Shown here one piece after another: positions 46,993 through 56,752 of a stretch of DNA of 64,000 nucleotides. The DNA is taken from contig CAJQHO010000013.1 of the NCBI GenBank assembly GCA_905478185.1, forward strand, positions 9,666-73,665, in the 5' to 3' direction. This DNA comes from an uncultured Flavobacteriales bacterium (lineage in GTDB: Bacteria > Bacteroidota > Bacteroidia > Flavobacteriales > BACL11). The position numbers and the translations under genes are program-made. The first letter of the stretch is position 1. Every line of letters begins with the position of its first letter. A model generated the notes under the pieces. That model did not search any database. It saw nothing but the letters and a program-made list of their open reading frames with translations, and was not told the origin of the DNA.

Positions 46993-47694
46993 ATGATAAA
47001 TAAAGTTGTAAGTAATATTGAACAAGCACTAAAAGGAGTTGAAAGCAATATGACTTTTATGGTTGGTGGGTTTGGTCTTTCAGGAATTCCTGAAAATTCT
47101 ATTGCAGCACTTTCTAAAATGGATGTTTTTGGGCTAACTTGTATTTCTAATAATGCTGGAGTTGATGATTTTGGTTTGGGACTTTTATTGCAGAGAAAAC
47201 AGATTAAAAAAATGGTATCCTCTTATGTAGGTGAGAATGCTGAGTTTGAAAGACAAATGCTTTCAGGAGAGTTAGAAGTTGATTTAATCCCTCAAGGATC
47301 TTTGGCTGAAAGATGCAGAGCAGGAGGAGCAGGAGTACCAGCATTTTTTACTCCAGCAGGATATGGAACTGAAGTAGCAGAAGGAAAAGAAGTACGCGAA
47401 TACAATGGAAAACCTCATATTTTAGAATCAGCACTTACTGCAGATTTTGCATTTGTAAAAGCTTGGAAAGGAGATACTGCAGGAAATTTGATTTTTAAGG
47501 GAACTGCAAGAAACTTTAATCCACTTATGGCAATGGCAGGGAAAATTACGGTTGCTGAGGTAGAGGAATTAGTGCCAGCAGGAGAACTTGATCCAAATCA
47601 AATTCATACACCAGGAATTTTTGTTCAGAGAATTTTTCAAGGTGAAAAATATGAAAAACGCATTGAGCAAAGAACAACTAGAAAAAGAGAATAA
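46993..47694 (+). CDS. scoA: 3-oxoacid CoA-transferase subunit A
   Basis: 233 aa with [46 protein letters not shown]. Confidence 0.93.
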   Translation: MINKVVSNIEQALKGVESNMTFMVGGFGLSGIPENSIAALSKMDVFGLTCISNNAGVDDFGLGLLLQRKQIKKMVSSYVGENAEFERQMLSGELEVDLIPQGSLAERCRAGGAGVPAFFTPAGYGTEVAEGKEVREYNGKPHILESALTADFAFVKAWKGDTAGNLIFKGTARNFNPLMAMAGKITVAEVEELVPAGELDPNQIHTPGIFVQRIFQGEKYEKRIEQRTTRKRE

Positions 47695-48350
47695 TGGCTT
47701 TAAATAAAAACCAAATAGCACAAAGAATTGCTCAAGAATTAGAGCGCAATACTTATGTAAATTTAGGAATTGGTATCCCAACATTGGTTGCTAATTATAT
47801 TCCTAAAGGTATTGATATTGAGTTTCAATCAGAAAATGGAGTGTTAGGAATGGGGCCATTTCCTTTTGAAGGAGAAGAAGATCCGGATTTGATAAATGCA
47901 GGAAAACAAACCATTACTACTTTGGATGGTGCGGTGCTTTTTGATTCTGCCACTTCCTTTGCTATGATTAGAGGACAGCATGTTCAATTGACTGTTTTGG
48001 GAGCTATGGAGGTGTCTGAAAATGGAGATATTGCCAACTGGAAAATACCAGGCAAGATGGTAAAAGGTATGGGTGGCGCTATGGATTTGGTAGCCTCAGC
48101 TGACAATATTATTGTGGCTATGATGCACACCAACCGTGCAGGTGCAAGTAAAATTCTAAAACAATGTACTTTACCTATTACAGGAGTAAATTGCGTAAAA
48201 AAAGTAGTAACTAATTTAGCTGTTTTAGAAGTTACAGAAAATGGCTTTAAATTGTTGGAAAGAGCTCCTGGCGTAAGTGTTGATGAGATTAAAAATGCAA
48301 CTGATGCAGATTTAATTATTGAAGGTGAAGTTCCTGAGATGGCATTTTAA
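47694..48350 (+). CDS. scoB: 3-oxoacid CoA-transferase subunit B
   Basis: 218 aa with YVNLGIGIPT, QSENG..G, GMGGAMDLV (the catalytic-Glu region context SENG). Confidence 0.93.
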   Translation: MALNKNQIAQRIAQELERNTYVNLGIGIPTLVANYIPKGIDIEFQSENGVLGMGPFPFEGEEDPDLINAGKQTITTLDGAVLFDSATSFAMIRGQHVQLTVLGAMEVSENGDIANWKIPGKMVKGMGGAMDLVASADNIIVAMMHTNRAGASKILKQCTLPITGVNCVKKVVTNLAVLEVTENGFKLLERAPGVSVDEIKNATDADLIIEGEVPEMAF

Positions 48351-48351
48351 A

Positions 48352-49279
48352 CTAACCTTTAAACAATTTAAAATTTACTCTATATCGGTAAAACTCAATG
48401 TTAGAGGTCACAGATAATGCTCTTTTAATTTTTAAATTATCTTCTAATCCAATAATAATTCCCTTTACATTTTTATTATCTTCTGCTAATTCTTCTTTTA
48501 CATATCCCATGTATCTTTGAATTTGCCCAACAACATTATCACTAACTCTTCCTTTTTTTAATTCAACAACTAATATTGTTTTTTTGTCTTTACTTATCGC
48601 AAGAATATCAATTGGTCCTGTATCACTTTGGTATTGTTGTCCAACTAATTCGCCATTTTCTTCATAAATATCATAATCATTACCTAATTCAGTAGATCCC
48701 CAATTTTTTACCAAGAAATCTTCAAGATGCTTCTCTAAAGCAAATGCAGAAGCATCTTCAACTGCTTCATCATTACTAAATATCATTGGTGGTTTTTTCC
48801 CTTTTAATAATATTTCAATCTCTTCAGAATATTTTGTTATATCACTTACCGTTCCAATAGAACCTGTTGAATTACGTAAAGCATCACTCATTTCAGATCT
48901 ATCAATTAAAGAAGAATACCAATTTACCTTTCTTCTATGAGGTAAGTCTGTTTTTGATTGATAATAATAATTAGATGTGATCTCTCCAACATAATATCTC
49001 CCCTCTCCAGTAGGGCATAAAACAATATCTCCTGTTTTTATTCCCTTACAAATAGTCCATAGCATTCCACACGCAAGTCCTGCAGCAATTTTTTGATTTC
49101 CCAGGATGGCTTTTTAACCAAATAGGGCGAAACGCAATATTAAATTCCCTCCATTTTTCTTGCAAGTTATTTGTCATATCAATATCAGAAATAAAATCAG
49201 CACCAATAAACCCTCCTTCATAGCATTGTTTTGAGAACACACTATTTGCCCCTAACATTATTCTTTTGTATTGTTTCAT
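48352..49279 (-). pseudogene. NucS-like PD-(D/E)xK nuclease domain protein, split by a +1 frameshift in an A6 tract
   Basis: Two overlapping same-strand ORFs (49046..49279 and 48352..49065). Removing one A from the minus-strand A6 run (plus-strand T6 at 49089..49094) joins ..WLKSHPGKSK to IAAGLACGMLWTICKG.., giving about 308 aa. The C-terminal half carries GPIDILA...ILVVELKKG...VVGQIQRYMGY, the D...ExK...QxxxY pattern of the NucS/DUF91 nuclease core. Confidence 0.7.
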
Positions 49280-49283
49280 AGGT

Positions 49284-51080
49284 TTAAACTTTAATCCCCT
49301 TACTTTCCAAATGCTTTTTTATGTCTTCTAATTTTCCCTCAGGAATAGCATCAATTAATTTTTGAGTATATTCTGTCCCGGGATTGTTATAAATCTGGTC
49401 GGCATCACCCATTTCTTCAATTTTTCCTTCTTGCATTACCACCATTCTATCACTCATGTATTTTACTACAGAAAGATCATGAGAAATAAAGATATAGGTC
49501 AAGCCAAACTCCTCTTTTAGTTCATTTAACAAGTTAAGAACTTGTGCTTGTACTGAAACATCTAATGCTGAAACAGATTCATCACATATGATGAATTTAG
49601 GGTTTACAGCTAATGCTCTTGCAATACCAATTCTTTGTCTTTGTCCTCCAGAAAACTCATGTGGGTATCTGTAAAAATGAGCAGGGTCTAAACTTACTCT
49701 AGCTAACAACTCTTCCACTCTCTTTTTTCTTTGCTCATCATTTTCTAAAATTCCATGCACTTGCATAGGTTCCATAATTGCATTTCCAATTGTCATTCTT
49801 GGGTTTAATGATGAATAAGGATCTTGGAAAATAATCTGAACATCTTTACGGAAAATTCTCAATTCATCTGCATTCATTTTTGCAATGTCTTTTCCTTTGT
49901 AAATCATTTCTCCTTCAGTTGGTTCTTCAAGTCTGATAATTGTACGACCACAAGTTGTTTTTCCACATCCACTTTCCCCAACAAGCCCTAAAGTTTCTCC
50001 AGGGTAAACATCAAAAGTTATATTATCAACTGCTTTTACATAGTCGCTTATTCCTCCAAAAAACCCGTTTTTAATTGGGAAATAAGTTTTCAAATTCTTT
50101 ATTTGTAAAATGGGTTCTTTAGCAAAAAGTTCTTTTTGTCTTGCTGTTCTTTCACTTTCAGGAATTGCTAAATCTTTTGTAAAATCAGCAACTGAAATTC
50201 CATTATCAATAATCTCACCATTTTCATCAATTTTCATAAAATCAGCAACAGTTGGCAAGAAAGTATAGCGTTTATCCAATGGTGGACGACAAGCTAAAAG
50301 CCCTTTAGTATACGGGTGTTTTGGGTTAGTAAAGATATCCCAAACATTACCTTGCTCTACAATATTTCCTTTGTACATCACAACAACTTTATCGGCTAAT
50401 TCTGCAATTACCCCAAGGTCATGTGTAATAAACATGATTCCCATATCGTGTTCTGTTTGCAAGTTTTGCATCAGTTGCAAAATAGTTTTTTGTACAGTAA
50501 CATCAAGTGCTGTAGTTGGCTCATCAGCAATTAAAACTGACGGCTGACAACTCATAGCCATAGCAATCATTACTCTTTGTTTTTGTCCCCCAGAAATTTG
50601 ATGAGGATAAGTACTGAAAATTCTTTCAGGCGTAGGAAGTTGAACTTCTTCAAACAACTTTATTGTAAGGTCTTTTGCATCTTTTTTATTTAACTTTTGA
50701 TGCAATATAATAGCCTCCATCACTTGATCACCACAAGTAAAAACAGGATTTAAAGATGTCATTGGTTCTTGGAAAATCATAGCAATATCATTTCCTCTGA
50801 ACTTCCTCATTTCTTCTTCTGAAATCTTTAATAAGTCAGTAGCTGTTCCGTCATTTTGATTAAAAATAATTTCACCTCCACTAATAATGCCAGGAGGTGA
50901 AGGGATTAATCGCATTGCAGAAAGTGAAGTAACTGACTTACCTGAACCAGACTCCCCAACAATCCCAATCGTTTCCCCTTTATTTAAAGTGAAACTCACG
51001 CCATTTACAGCCTTTACAGTTGTTCCTTCTGTATGAAATTCTGTTACCAGATTCTTAAATTCTAACAATGTATTTTCCAT
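49284..51080 (-). CDS. ABC transporter ATP-binding protein with two fused NBDs (Dpp/Opp-type ATPase)
   Basis: 598 aa. Two sets of Walker A (GESGSGKS; GESGCGKT), signature (ISGGQKQR; FSGGQRQR) and Walker B (LIADEPTTALD; IICDESVSALD). There is no adjacent permease gene. Confidence 0.92.
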   Translation of the reverse strand: MENTLLEFKNLVTEFHTEGTTVKAVNGVSFTLNKGETIGIVGESGSGKSVTSLSAMRLIPSPPGIISGGEIIFNQNDGTATDLLKISEEEMRKFRGNDIAMIFQEPMTSLNPVFTCGDQVMEAIILHQKLNKKDAKDLTIKLFEEVQLPTPERIFSTYPHQISGGQKQRVMIAMAMSCQPSVLIADEPTTALDVTVQKTILQLMQNLQTEHDMGIMFITHDLGVIAELADKVVVMYKGNIVEQGNVWDIFTNPKHPYTKGLLACRPPLDKRYTFLPTVADFMKIDENGEIIDNGISVADFTKDLAIPESERTARQKELFAKEPILQIKNLKTYFPIKNGFFGGISDYVKAVDNITFDVYPGETLGLVGESGCGKTTCGRTIIRLEEPTEGEMIYKGKDIAKMNADELRIFRKDVQIIFQDPYSSLNPRMTIGNAIMEPMQVHGILENDEQRKKRVEELLARVSLDPAHFYRYPHEFSGGQRQRIGIARALAVNPKFIICDESVSALDVSVQAQVLNLLNELKEEFGLTYIFISHDLSVVKYMSDRMVVMQEGKIEEMGDADQIYNNPGTEYTQKLIDAIPEGKLEDIKKHLESKGIKV

Positions 51081-51118
51081 CTTTTATTCTGTTTTTAGGT
51101 TGCTAAAAATAACTATTT

Positions 51119-51838
51119 TTATGCAAACTCAATGTTTTCTTCTTTTATTAATTCCTCCCCTTTGTAACGTAATAGTAATTGTGCCACAGTAAGCGTATCT
51201 TTCTGGCAATATATTTTGATGCGTTCCAAATCTTTTTCTTTGTAATAAACACTTGCCACTTGACTTCCGTCAATATCATCTTTTGGAGTTGGAATCCCAA
51301 AAAGTGCTGCCAATAATTTTATTGATGTATAGTGTTTGTAATCTCCAAAACGCCAAAGCTCCATAGTATCTAAATGACTTACTTCCCAAGGTTTTTTGCC
51401 TGCTATATCTAAAAGTTTTGGAAGTTTTAAGCTATTTATAAGTGTTCTTCTTGCAATAAAAGGAAAGTCAAATTCCTTACCATTATGCGCACAAAGCTGA
51501 TGTTGATTTTTGTTGAATTCTGAATTTAGTAAATCATTAAACTCTGAGATAATCAGCTTCTCATTATCACCATAAAATGATTTTATTCTGAAATGTTTTT
51601 CGCCTTTTTCTGTAAATAAATAACCTACTGAAATGCAAATAATTTTTGCAAACTCAGCCATTACTCCTGCTTTTAGTTTGTAAAATTCTGCTGGAGAGCA
51701 CTCCTCTTTTCTTTGCCAAGTAGTTTTTTCAGCCCATAGCTTTTGGAAAGTAGTATCTAAATCTTCAAAATTTTCTTTTACCGGAACAGTTTCTATGTCC
51801 AGAAATAAGATGTTTTGTGTTTTTGTCTGACTTAACAT
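51119..51838 (-). CDS. RNase H-fold 3'-5' exonuclease (PolB-exonuclease-like, DEDD type)
   Basis: 239 aa with ILFLDIETVP (ExoI D-x-E), CAHNGKEFDFPF (ExoII) and YCQKD (ExoIII-like). Confidence 0.75.
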   Translation of the reverse strand: MLSQTKTQNILFLDIETVPVKENFEDLDTTFQKLWAEKTTWQRKEECSPAEFYKLKAGVMAEFAKIICISVGYLFTEKGEKHFRIKSFYGDNEKLIISEFNDLLNSEFNKNQHQLCAHNGKEFDFPFIARRTLINSLKLPKLLDIAGKKPWEVSHLDTMELWRFGDYKHYTSIKLLAALFGIPTPKDDIDGSQVASVYYKEKDLERIKIYCQKDTLTVAQLLLRYKGEELIKEENIEFA

Positions 51839-52989
51839 TAGGGGTACATTTCTAAAGCAGCATCAATAAATTGATAGAAATCTTCCGAATGTCCATCTGC
51901 CAAATCAAAACCATAATTCCTGCCCAACCTAACAATAATCATATCTTTTTCAGGGATACAAATTACATATTGACCCCACAAACCTCTTGTGTAATATACA
52001 TCTAAACCTTTCCTATTTGCAATCCAAAATTGATAGCCATAATTTATATTTTTATTTCCATCTTCATCAAATAAATTAGCAACTGAAGTTGCTTCCTTTA
52101 CATAGTTGCTGTCCAAAAGTTGTGTGCCATTCCAATTTCCTTGATTCATGTATAATTTACCAAGTCTTGCAAAATCTCTAGCGTTAGAATTGATGCAACA
52201 AAAGGCCTTTTCATCACCTCTTTCTGTGTCTGTATTCCAAAGAGCAGGATGTTTTGCTCCCATTGGTTTCCATAATTTTTCAGAAGTGTATTCATTTACA
52301 CTTTGTCCTGTAGCACTTTCCACAATAAATGCTAATAGCTGTGAGCATGAGCTATGATATTTAAAGATTTTCCCTGCAGTTTCAACAGCTTTTAGTTTCA
52401 TCATTTGCTTTTTAAGGTTTGGCGCAAAATAAGCCTCTGCAGTTTGCCCTAATGGGTCGTGATAATCCTCATCCCAATCAAGACCTGAGCTCATTGTGAG
52501 TAAGTGCTTTATTGTAATTTTAGAATTATCTCCTTCACAAAATTCTGGCAGAAAATCACAAGCCTTTTGATTAATACTCTCAATCTTTCCTTCTTTAATA
52601 GCAATTCCAACCAAAGTAGATATCCAGCTTTTTGCCATAGAAAAGGAGTTTGAAGAACTGTCTGCAGAATAACCATTCCAATACTCTTCAAAAATGATAC
52701 TGTCATTTTTTATTACCACATAAGCAACCGTACCCAACTTATCATTTATGGGTTTTATAAATTCAGGAAGTTGTGCTTTATTGTATTCTTTTGAAACTAA
52801 CCATTCTTTATGATTCCCATTTTTAATACTATTTGAAGGAAAATGAATATAATCATCAATATATGAAGATGTATGTCCCTTTAAATAAGTAACAGAAACT
52901 GCCTTATAAAGCCAAGATTTACCACTTAATATGATGAGAAAATTAAGAATTACAAAAATTGCTAATATGTATTTCAATGCTTTTTTCAT
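51838..52989 (-). CDS. Serine hydrolase, class C beta-lactamase/DD-peptidase family
   Basis: 383 aa with an N-terminal TM/signal segment. SxxK motif in NSFSMAKSW (S-M-A-K). LLTMSSGL is typical of the family. Confidence 0.85.
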   Translation of the reverse strand: MKKALKYILAIFVILNFLIILSGKSWLYKAVSVTYLKGHTSSYIDDYIHFPSNSIKNGNHKEWLVSKEYNKAQLPEFIKPINDKLGTVAYVVIKNDSIIFEEYWNGYSADSSSNSFSMAKSWISTLVGIAIKEGKIESINQKACDFLPEFCEGDNSKITIKHLLTMSSGLDWDEDYHDPLGQTAEAYFAPNLKKQMMKLKAVETAGKIFKYHSSCSQLLAFIVESATGQSVNEYTSEKLWKPMGAKHPALWNTDTERGDEKAFCCINSNARDFARLGKLYMNQGNWNGTQLLDSNYVKEATSVANLFDEDGNKNINYGYQFWIANRKGLDVYYTRGLWGQYVICIPEKDMIIVRLGRNYGFDLADGHSEDFYQFIDAALEMYP

Positions 52990-52990
52990 G

Positions 52991-53686
52991 TTAAATTATT
53001 TCCATTTCAAAAAGCTCAATTAAATGAGTTTTTACTTTGTTTTTTACTTCTTCAAAATCTATTTCTCTTTCTAATTCTTTTTCTAATGAAGTGACTTTTT
53101 TATTTGCAATTCCGCAAGGTATAATGTTCCCAAAATAGGATAAATCTGAATTTATATTAAAAGCAAATCCGTGCATAGTTACCCATCTACTGCTTTTTAC
53201 CCCAAGGGCACATATTTTTCTGGCTTTTGGTGTCCCCACATCAAACCAAACTCCAGTTTCTCCTGGAGATCGTTCGGACTCCAAGCCGTACTCTTTTAAT
53301 GTAAGGATTACCGCCTCTTCCAAAAAGCGTAAGTACTTGTGGATATCCGTAAAAAAGTTGTCTAAATCCAAAATTGGATAGCCAACAATTTGTCCAGGAC
53401 CATGATAGGTAATATCACCACCTCTATTAATTTTATGAAAAGTTGCCCCCCTGCTTTTTAGATAATCTTCATTTACCAAAAGGTTTTTTTCATCACCACT
53501 TTTCCCTAACGTATAGACATGAGGGTGTTCACAGAAAATTAAATGATTTTTGGTGGCAACTGTTTTATCCTCCTTTCGATTGGATGATTTTACCGTTAAT
53601 ATTTCTGCAAAAAGCTCTTCTTGAAAGTCCCAACATTTTTTGTAATCAATCAGCCCTAAATCTTTAAATGATACTTGTTTATTCAT
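52991..53686 (-). CDS. lipB: Lipoyl(octanoyl) transferase
   Basis: 231 aa with EHPHVYTLG, RGGDITYHGPGQIVGYPI, RKICALGV, HGFAFN. Confidence 0.95.
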   Translation of the reverse strand: MNKQVSFKDLGLIDYKKCWDFQEELFAEILTVKSSNRKEDKTVATKNHLIFCEHPHVYTLGKSGDEKNLLVNEDYLKSRGATFHKINRGGDITYHGPGQIVGYPILDLDNFFTDIHKYLRFLEEAVILTLKEYGLESERSPGETGVWFDVGTPKARKICALGVKSSRWVTMHGFAFNINSDLSYFGNIIPCGIANKKVTSLEKELEREIDFEEVKNKVKTHLIELFEMEII

Positions 53687-54675
53687 TATATCTTCCCCAG
53701 TTCTCCCTTCAAAAAGTCAATTACATCTATCTCAATTGCATCAACATTATTCATTTCGGACAAGTACCAACTCACCCAATCCCCAAGGTTGATGTGGTAA
53801 AGCGAATTTTCAATTAAAGAATCTCCTTTGCTCCAGATTTCTGAAATATTATCCGTGTATTCTGAAATTACTTTTTTATTGATATCCATTCTTATTTGAT
53901 TACGGTCATAGTCCGATTTATTACGGAAATAAACGACCGCTAAATCATTAACATTGGTACGCCAACCCAATAATTCATTATGATTCATTTCAGGAACCAC
54001 ATGATGCCAACAAAGCATTTTACTATTTTCATTTATCTGCTGACGAAAACGAACTGCCACTCCTTCAAAGCCATTTGCCACATAAATAACGGGAGTTTGT
54101 TTGTACATTTTTTTAGCCAAACCCATTGCCTGCTCTTGGATATCACTTTTTTCAGTATCAAGTAATTCTATTGCTTTAGTAAAATCAGATTTAAAAGAAT
54201 CATCAATAATTCCGTAATGGTTTAGTATAAAAAATAATTCAGTAAATGCATAGCCAAACATAGCCCTTGGAGGCTGGTTCCCTGGTATGATTATTTTATT
54301 ATAATTATTTTCTTCAGCAATTGTTTTCAATTTCCCTCCTGAAGTAATTACTGCAATTTCTGCACCTTTTGCTTGGCATTTTTCCAAAGCATAAAGTGTT
54401 TCTTCAGTATTTCCTGAGTAAGAATTTGCAATAACTAGCGTATGTTCATTCACAAAATTAGGGATACTGTAGTCTTTTGTTGCAGTAATAGGAATATCTA
54501 CTTTTGGCGAAATAATATCACTTACAATTGTTCCTCCAATTCCAGAACCACCCAAACCACAGATCAAAACATTTCTGATTTCTTTAGTACAGGAAGTTAA
54601 ACTTGTATTGTTTGCAAGCTCTATTGCTTCTCTTAAATGATTGCTAAAATCATCAATGTAATTGTTCATTTTCAT
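53686..54675 (-). CDS. Bifunctional phosphoglucose/phosphomannose isomerase (SIS domain)
   Basis: 329 aa with CGLGGSGIGG, SYSGNTEET, PPR. Size and motif order fit the archaeal-type PGI/PMI family. Confidence 0.82.
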   Translation of the reverse strand: MKMNNYIDDFSNHLREAIELANNTSLTSCTKEIRNVLICGLGGSGIGGTIVSDIISPKVDIPITATKDYSIPNFVNEHTLVIANSYSGNTEETLYALEKCQAKGAEIAVITSGGKLKTIAEENNYNKIIIPGNQPPRAMFGYAFTELFFILNHYGIIDDSFKSDFTKAIELLDTEKSDIQEQAMGLAKKMYKQTPVIYVANGFEGVAVRFRQQINENSKMLCWHHVVPEMNHNELLGWRTNVNDLAVVYFRNKSDYDRNQIRMDINKKVISEYTDNISEIWSKGDSLIENSLYHINLGDWVSWYLSEMNNVDAIEIDVIDFLKGELGKI

Positions 54676-54757
54676 CTTATATATTTTTATAATTTGATAT
54701 TAAAATTGGCTTGTTAAAAGAAGTCGAAAATACGAAATAATAGGATAATAGAATTCC

Positions 54758-54765
54758 TATCTTTG
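54758..54765 (+). promoter_or_regulatory. -7 promoter box (TATCTTTG), 15 nt upstream of lysS
   Basis: Exact TAnnTTTG match. Confidence 0.45.
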
Positions 54766-54780
54766 CAAAAAATTTAACAG

Positions 54781-56301
54781 ATGACAAGAGTACTTTCCGA
54801 GCAAGAATTAGTTAGAAGAGAATCCTTACAAAAATTAAGAGATTTAGGAGTTGATCCTTATCCTGCAGAAATGTTTGATGTAAATATAACATCCAAACAG
54901 ATTAAGGGAAAGTATAAGGAGGGAGAAGAGTTAAATGTAGTGCTTGCAGGAAGGTTGATGAGCAGAAGAATTATGGGTAAAGCCTCTTTCGCTGAGTTGC
55001 AAGATTCTGATGGAAAAATTCAGATTTATGTAAATAGAGATGAAATTTGTGAAGGGGAAGATAAAACTATGTACAATACAGTTTTTAAAAAACTATTGGA
55101 TATTGGTGATATTATAGGAGTTACAGGAACTGTTTTTATTACTAAAGTTGGGGAGATATCAGTAAAAGTAAAAGAACTAAAAGTGCTTACAAAATCCTTA
55201 CGCCCATTGCCTTTACCAAAGGTGGATGCTGACGGAACAGTGCATGATGCCTTTACTGATCCTGAAAAAAGATACAGGCAGAGATATGTGGATTTAGTAG
55301 TAAACCCTGAAGTAAAAGATGCTTTTATTAAGCGTACTAAACTGACAAATTCCATGCGTGAGTTCTTGAATAAGAAAGAATATTTGGAAGTGGAAACGCC
55401 AATTTTACAACCACTTTATGGAGGGGCTGCTGCCCGTCCGTTTAAAACGCATCACAATACTTTGGATATGGAATTGTACCTAAGGATTGCCAATGAGTTA
55501 TATTTAAAAAGATTGGTTGTAGGTGGTTTTGATGGGGTATATGAATTTTCAAAAGATTTTAGAAATGAGGGAATGAGTCGTTTTCATAATCCTGAATTTA
55601 CACAAATGGAATTGTATGTTGCCTACAAGGATTATGCTTGGATGATGGATTTGGTTGAAGAAATGGTAGAAAAAATTGCTATGGATTTACACGGGAAAAC
55701 AGAAATTCAAGTTGGTGATAATTTAATCAACTTTAAAAGACCTTGGAAGCGTTATACTATGTATGAGGCAATTGAGCATTTTACTGGAATTGATATTTCA
55801 AAAATGGATGAGGCTACTATGGCTGAAACTGCTAAAAAATTAGGAGTTGAAGTGGATAAAAGCATGGGTAGAGGAAAATTAATTGATGAAATTTTTGGTG
55901 AAAAATGTGAAGGACAGTTAATACAACCTACTTTCATTACGGACTATCCTGTTGAGATGTCGCCATTGGCAAAAAAACACAGGGAGCATGAAGGATTAGT
56001 TGAGCGATTTGAAGCGATTTGTAACGGAAAAGAAATCTGTAATGCATTCTCTGAACTTAACGATCCTATTGACCAAAGAGCACGATTTGAAGAGCAGTTG
56101 GAACTTGGAAAAAGAGGAGATGATGAAGCAATGTTGTTGGATGAAGATTTCCTAAGAGCGATTGAATACGGAATGCCACCAACAGCAGGCTTAGGAATTG
56201 GAATTGATAGGTTAAGCATGATTATGACCAATAGCAACTCTATACAAGATGTGCTGTTTTTCCCACAAATGAAAGCAGAAAAAGGCAGAACTGAGGAGTA
56301 A
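54781..56301 (+). CDS. lysS: Lysine--tRNA ligase (class II)
   Basis: 506 aa with [48 protein letters not shown]....HNPEF...[20 protein letters not shown]. Confidence 0.97.
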   Translation: MTRVLSEQELVRRESLQKLRDLGVDPYPAEMFDVNITSKQIKGKYKEGEELNVVLAGRLMSRRIMGKASFAELQDSDGKIQIYVNRDEICEGEDKTMYNTVFKKLLDIGDIIGVTGTVFITKVGEISVKVKELKVLTKSLRPLPLPKVDADGTVHDAFTDPEKRYRQRYVDLVVNPEVKDAFIKRTKLTNSMREFLNKKEYLEVETPILQPLYGGAAARPFKTHHNTLDMELYLRIANELYLKRLVVGGFDGVYEFSKDFRNEGMSRFHNPEFTQMELYVAYKDYAWMMDLVEEMVEKIAMDLHGKTEIQVGDNLINFKRPWKRYTMYEAIEHFTGIDISKMDEATMAETAKKLGVEVDKSMGRGKLIDEIFGEKCEGQLIQPTFITDYPVEMSPLAKKHREHEGLVERFEAICNGKEICNAFSELNDPIDQRARFEEQLELGKRGDDEAMLLDEDFLRAIEYGMPPTAGLGIGIDRLSMIMTNSNSIQDVLFFPQMKAEKGRTEE

Positions 56302-56323
56302 GAAAAAGCTTACTTAAAGTAAA

Positions 56324-56686
56324 TTATCTTGCTAAAAGTTTTTTTGAAACTTTATATGTTGCAGAATACAAAAGACCTTCTTGTCGAGTTTTAAGTGTCT
56401 TAAATTCTTTTTTGTACCATTTTGGGTCAGTTGCTTTCTTTTTATGATCTTCATGTGATGAAGCTTCATGAGTTTCATCTTTAGACCAAGGCGCAATAGT
56501 GTAAATGCTCAATCCGAAATATTCAGCTCGGTCTAAAACAATACCAAAATCTGATTCAGAAAAATATTGAACTCCATCCTGTCCAAATCCATCATTCAGG
56601 TTTTTTAAATCTGTAAATATATTTTTTTCTAAAAATTGTGATTGTTCCATGTTTGCGTTTTTGATGAGGGTTTGTGTATGAATCAT
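56324..56686 (-). CDS. Hypothetical protein (about 120 aa)
   Basis: Start placed at MIHTQTL.. (ATG at 56686..56684) because a -7 box lies 6 nt upstream. The track start (56746) would precede that promoter. I recognise no motif. Confidence 0.5.
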   Translation of the reverse strand: MIHTQTLIKNANMEQSQFLEKNIFTDLKNLNDGFGQDGVQYFSESDFGIVLDRAEYFGLSIYTIAPWSKDETHEASSHEDHKKKATDPKWYKKEFKTLKTRQEGLLYSATYKVSKKLLAR

Positions 56687-56692
56687 AGGTTG

Positions 56693-56700
56693 CAAAAGTA
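56693..56700 (-). promoter_or_regulatory. -7 promoter box (TACTTTTG), 6 nt upstream of an ATG; predicted leaderless transcript
   Basis: The minus strand reads TACTTTTGCAACCTATG. Confidence 0.4.
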
Positions 56701-56752
56701 TGCTAAATTTCTCACAACTGATAGCTGAAAGGGTAAGGGGTGGCAAACAAGT

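Noticed and set aside
48352-51838. The NucS-like nuclease, double-NBD ABC ATPase and DEDD exonuclease as a three-gene defence system
   Set aside because: The ATPase has full Dpp/Opp-type transporter NBD motifs, and from memory both it and the exonuclease are conserved housekeeping-type genes in Flavobacteriia that continue a lipB/SIS/hydrolase gene string. Only the nuclease looks accessory, so the co-linearity is probably incidental. A neighbourhood survey would settle the question.
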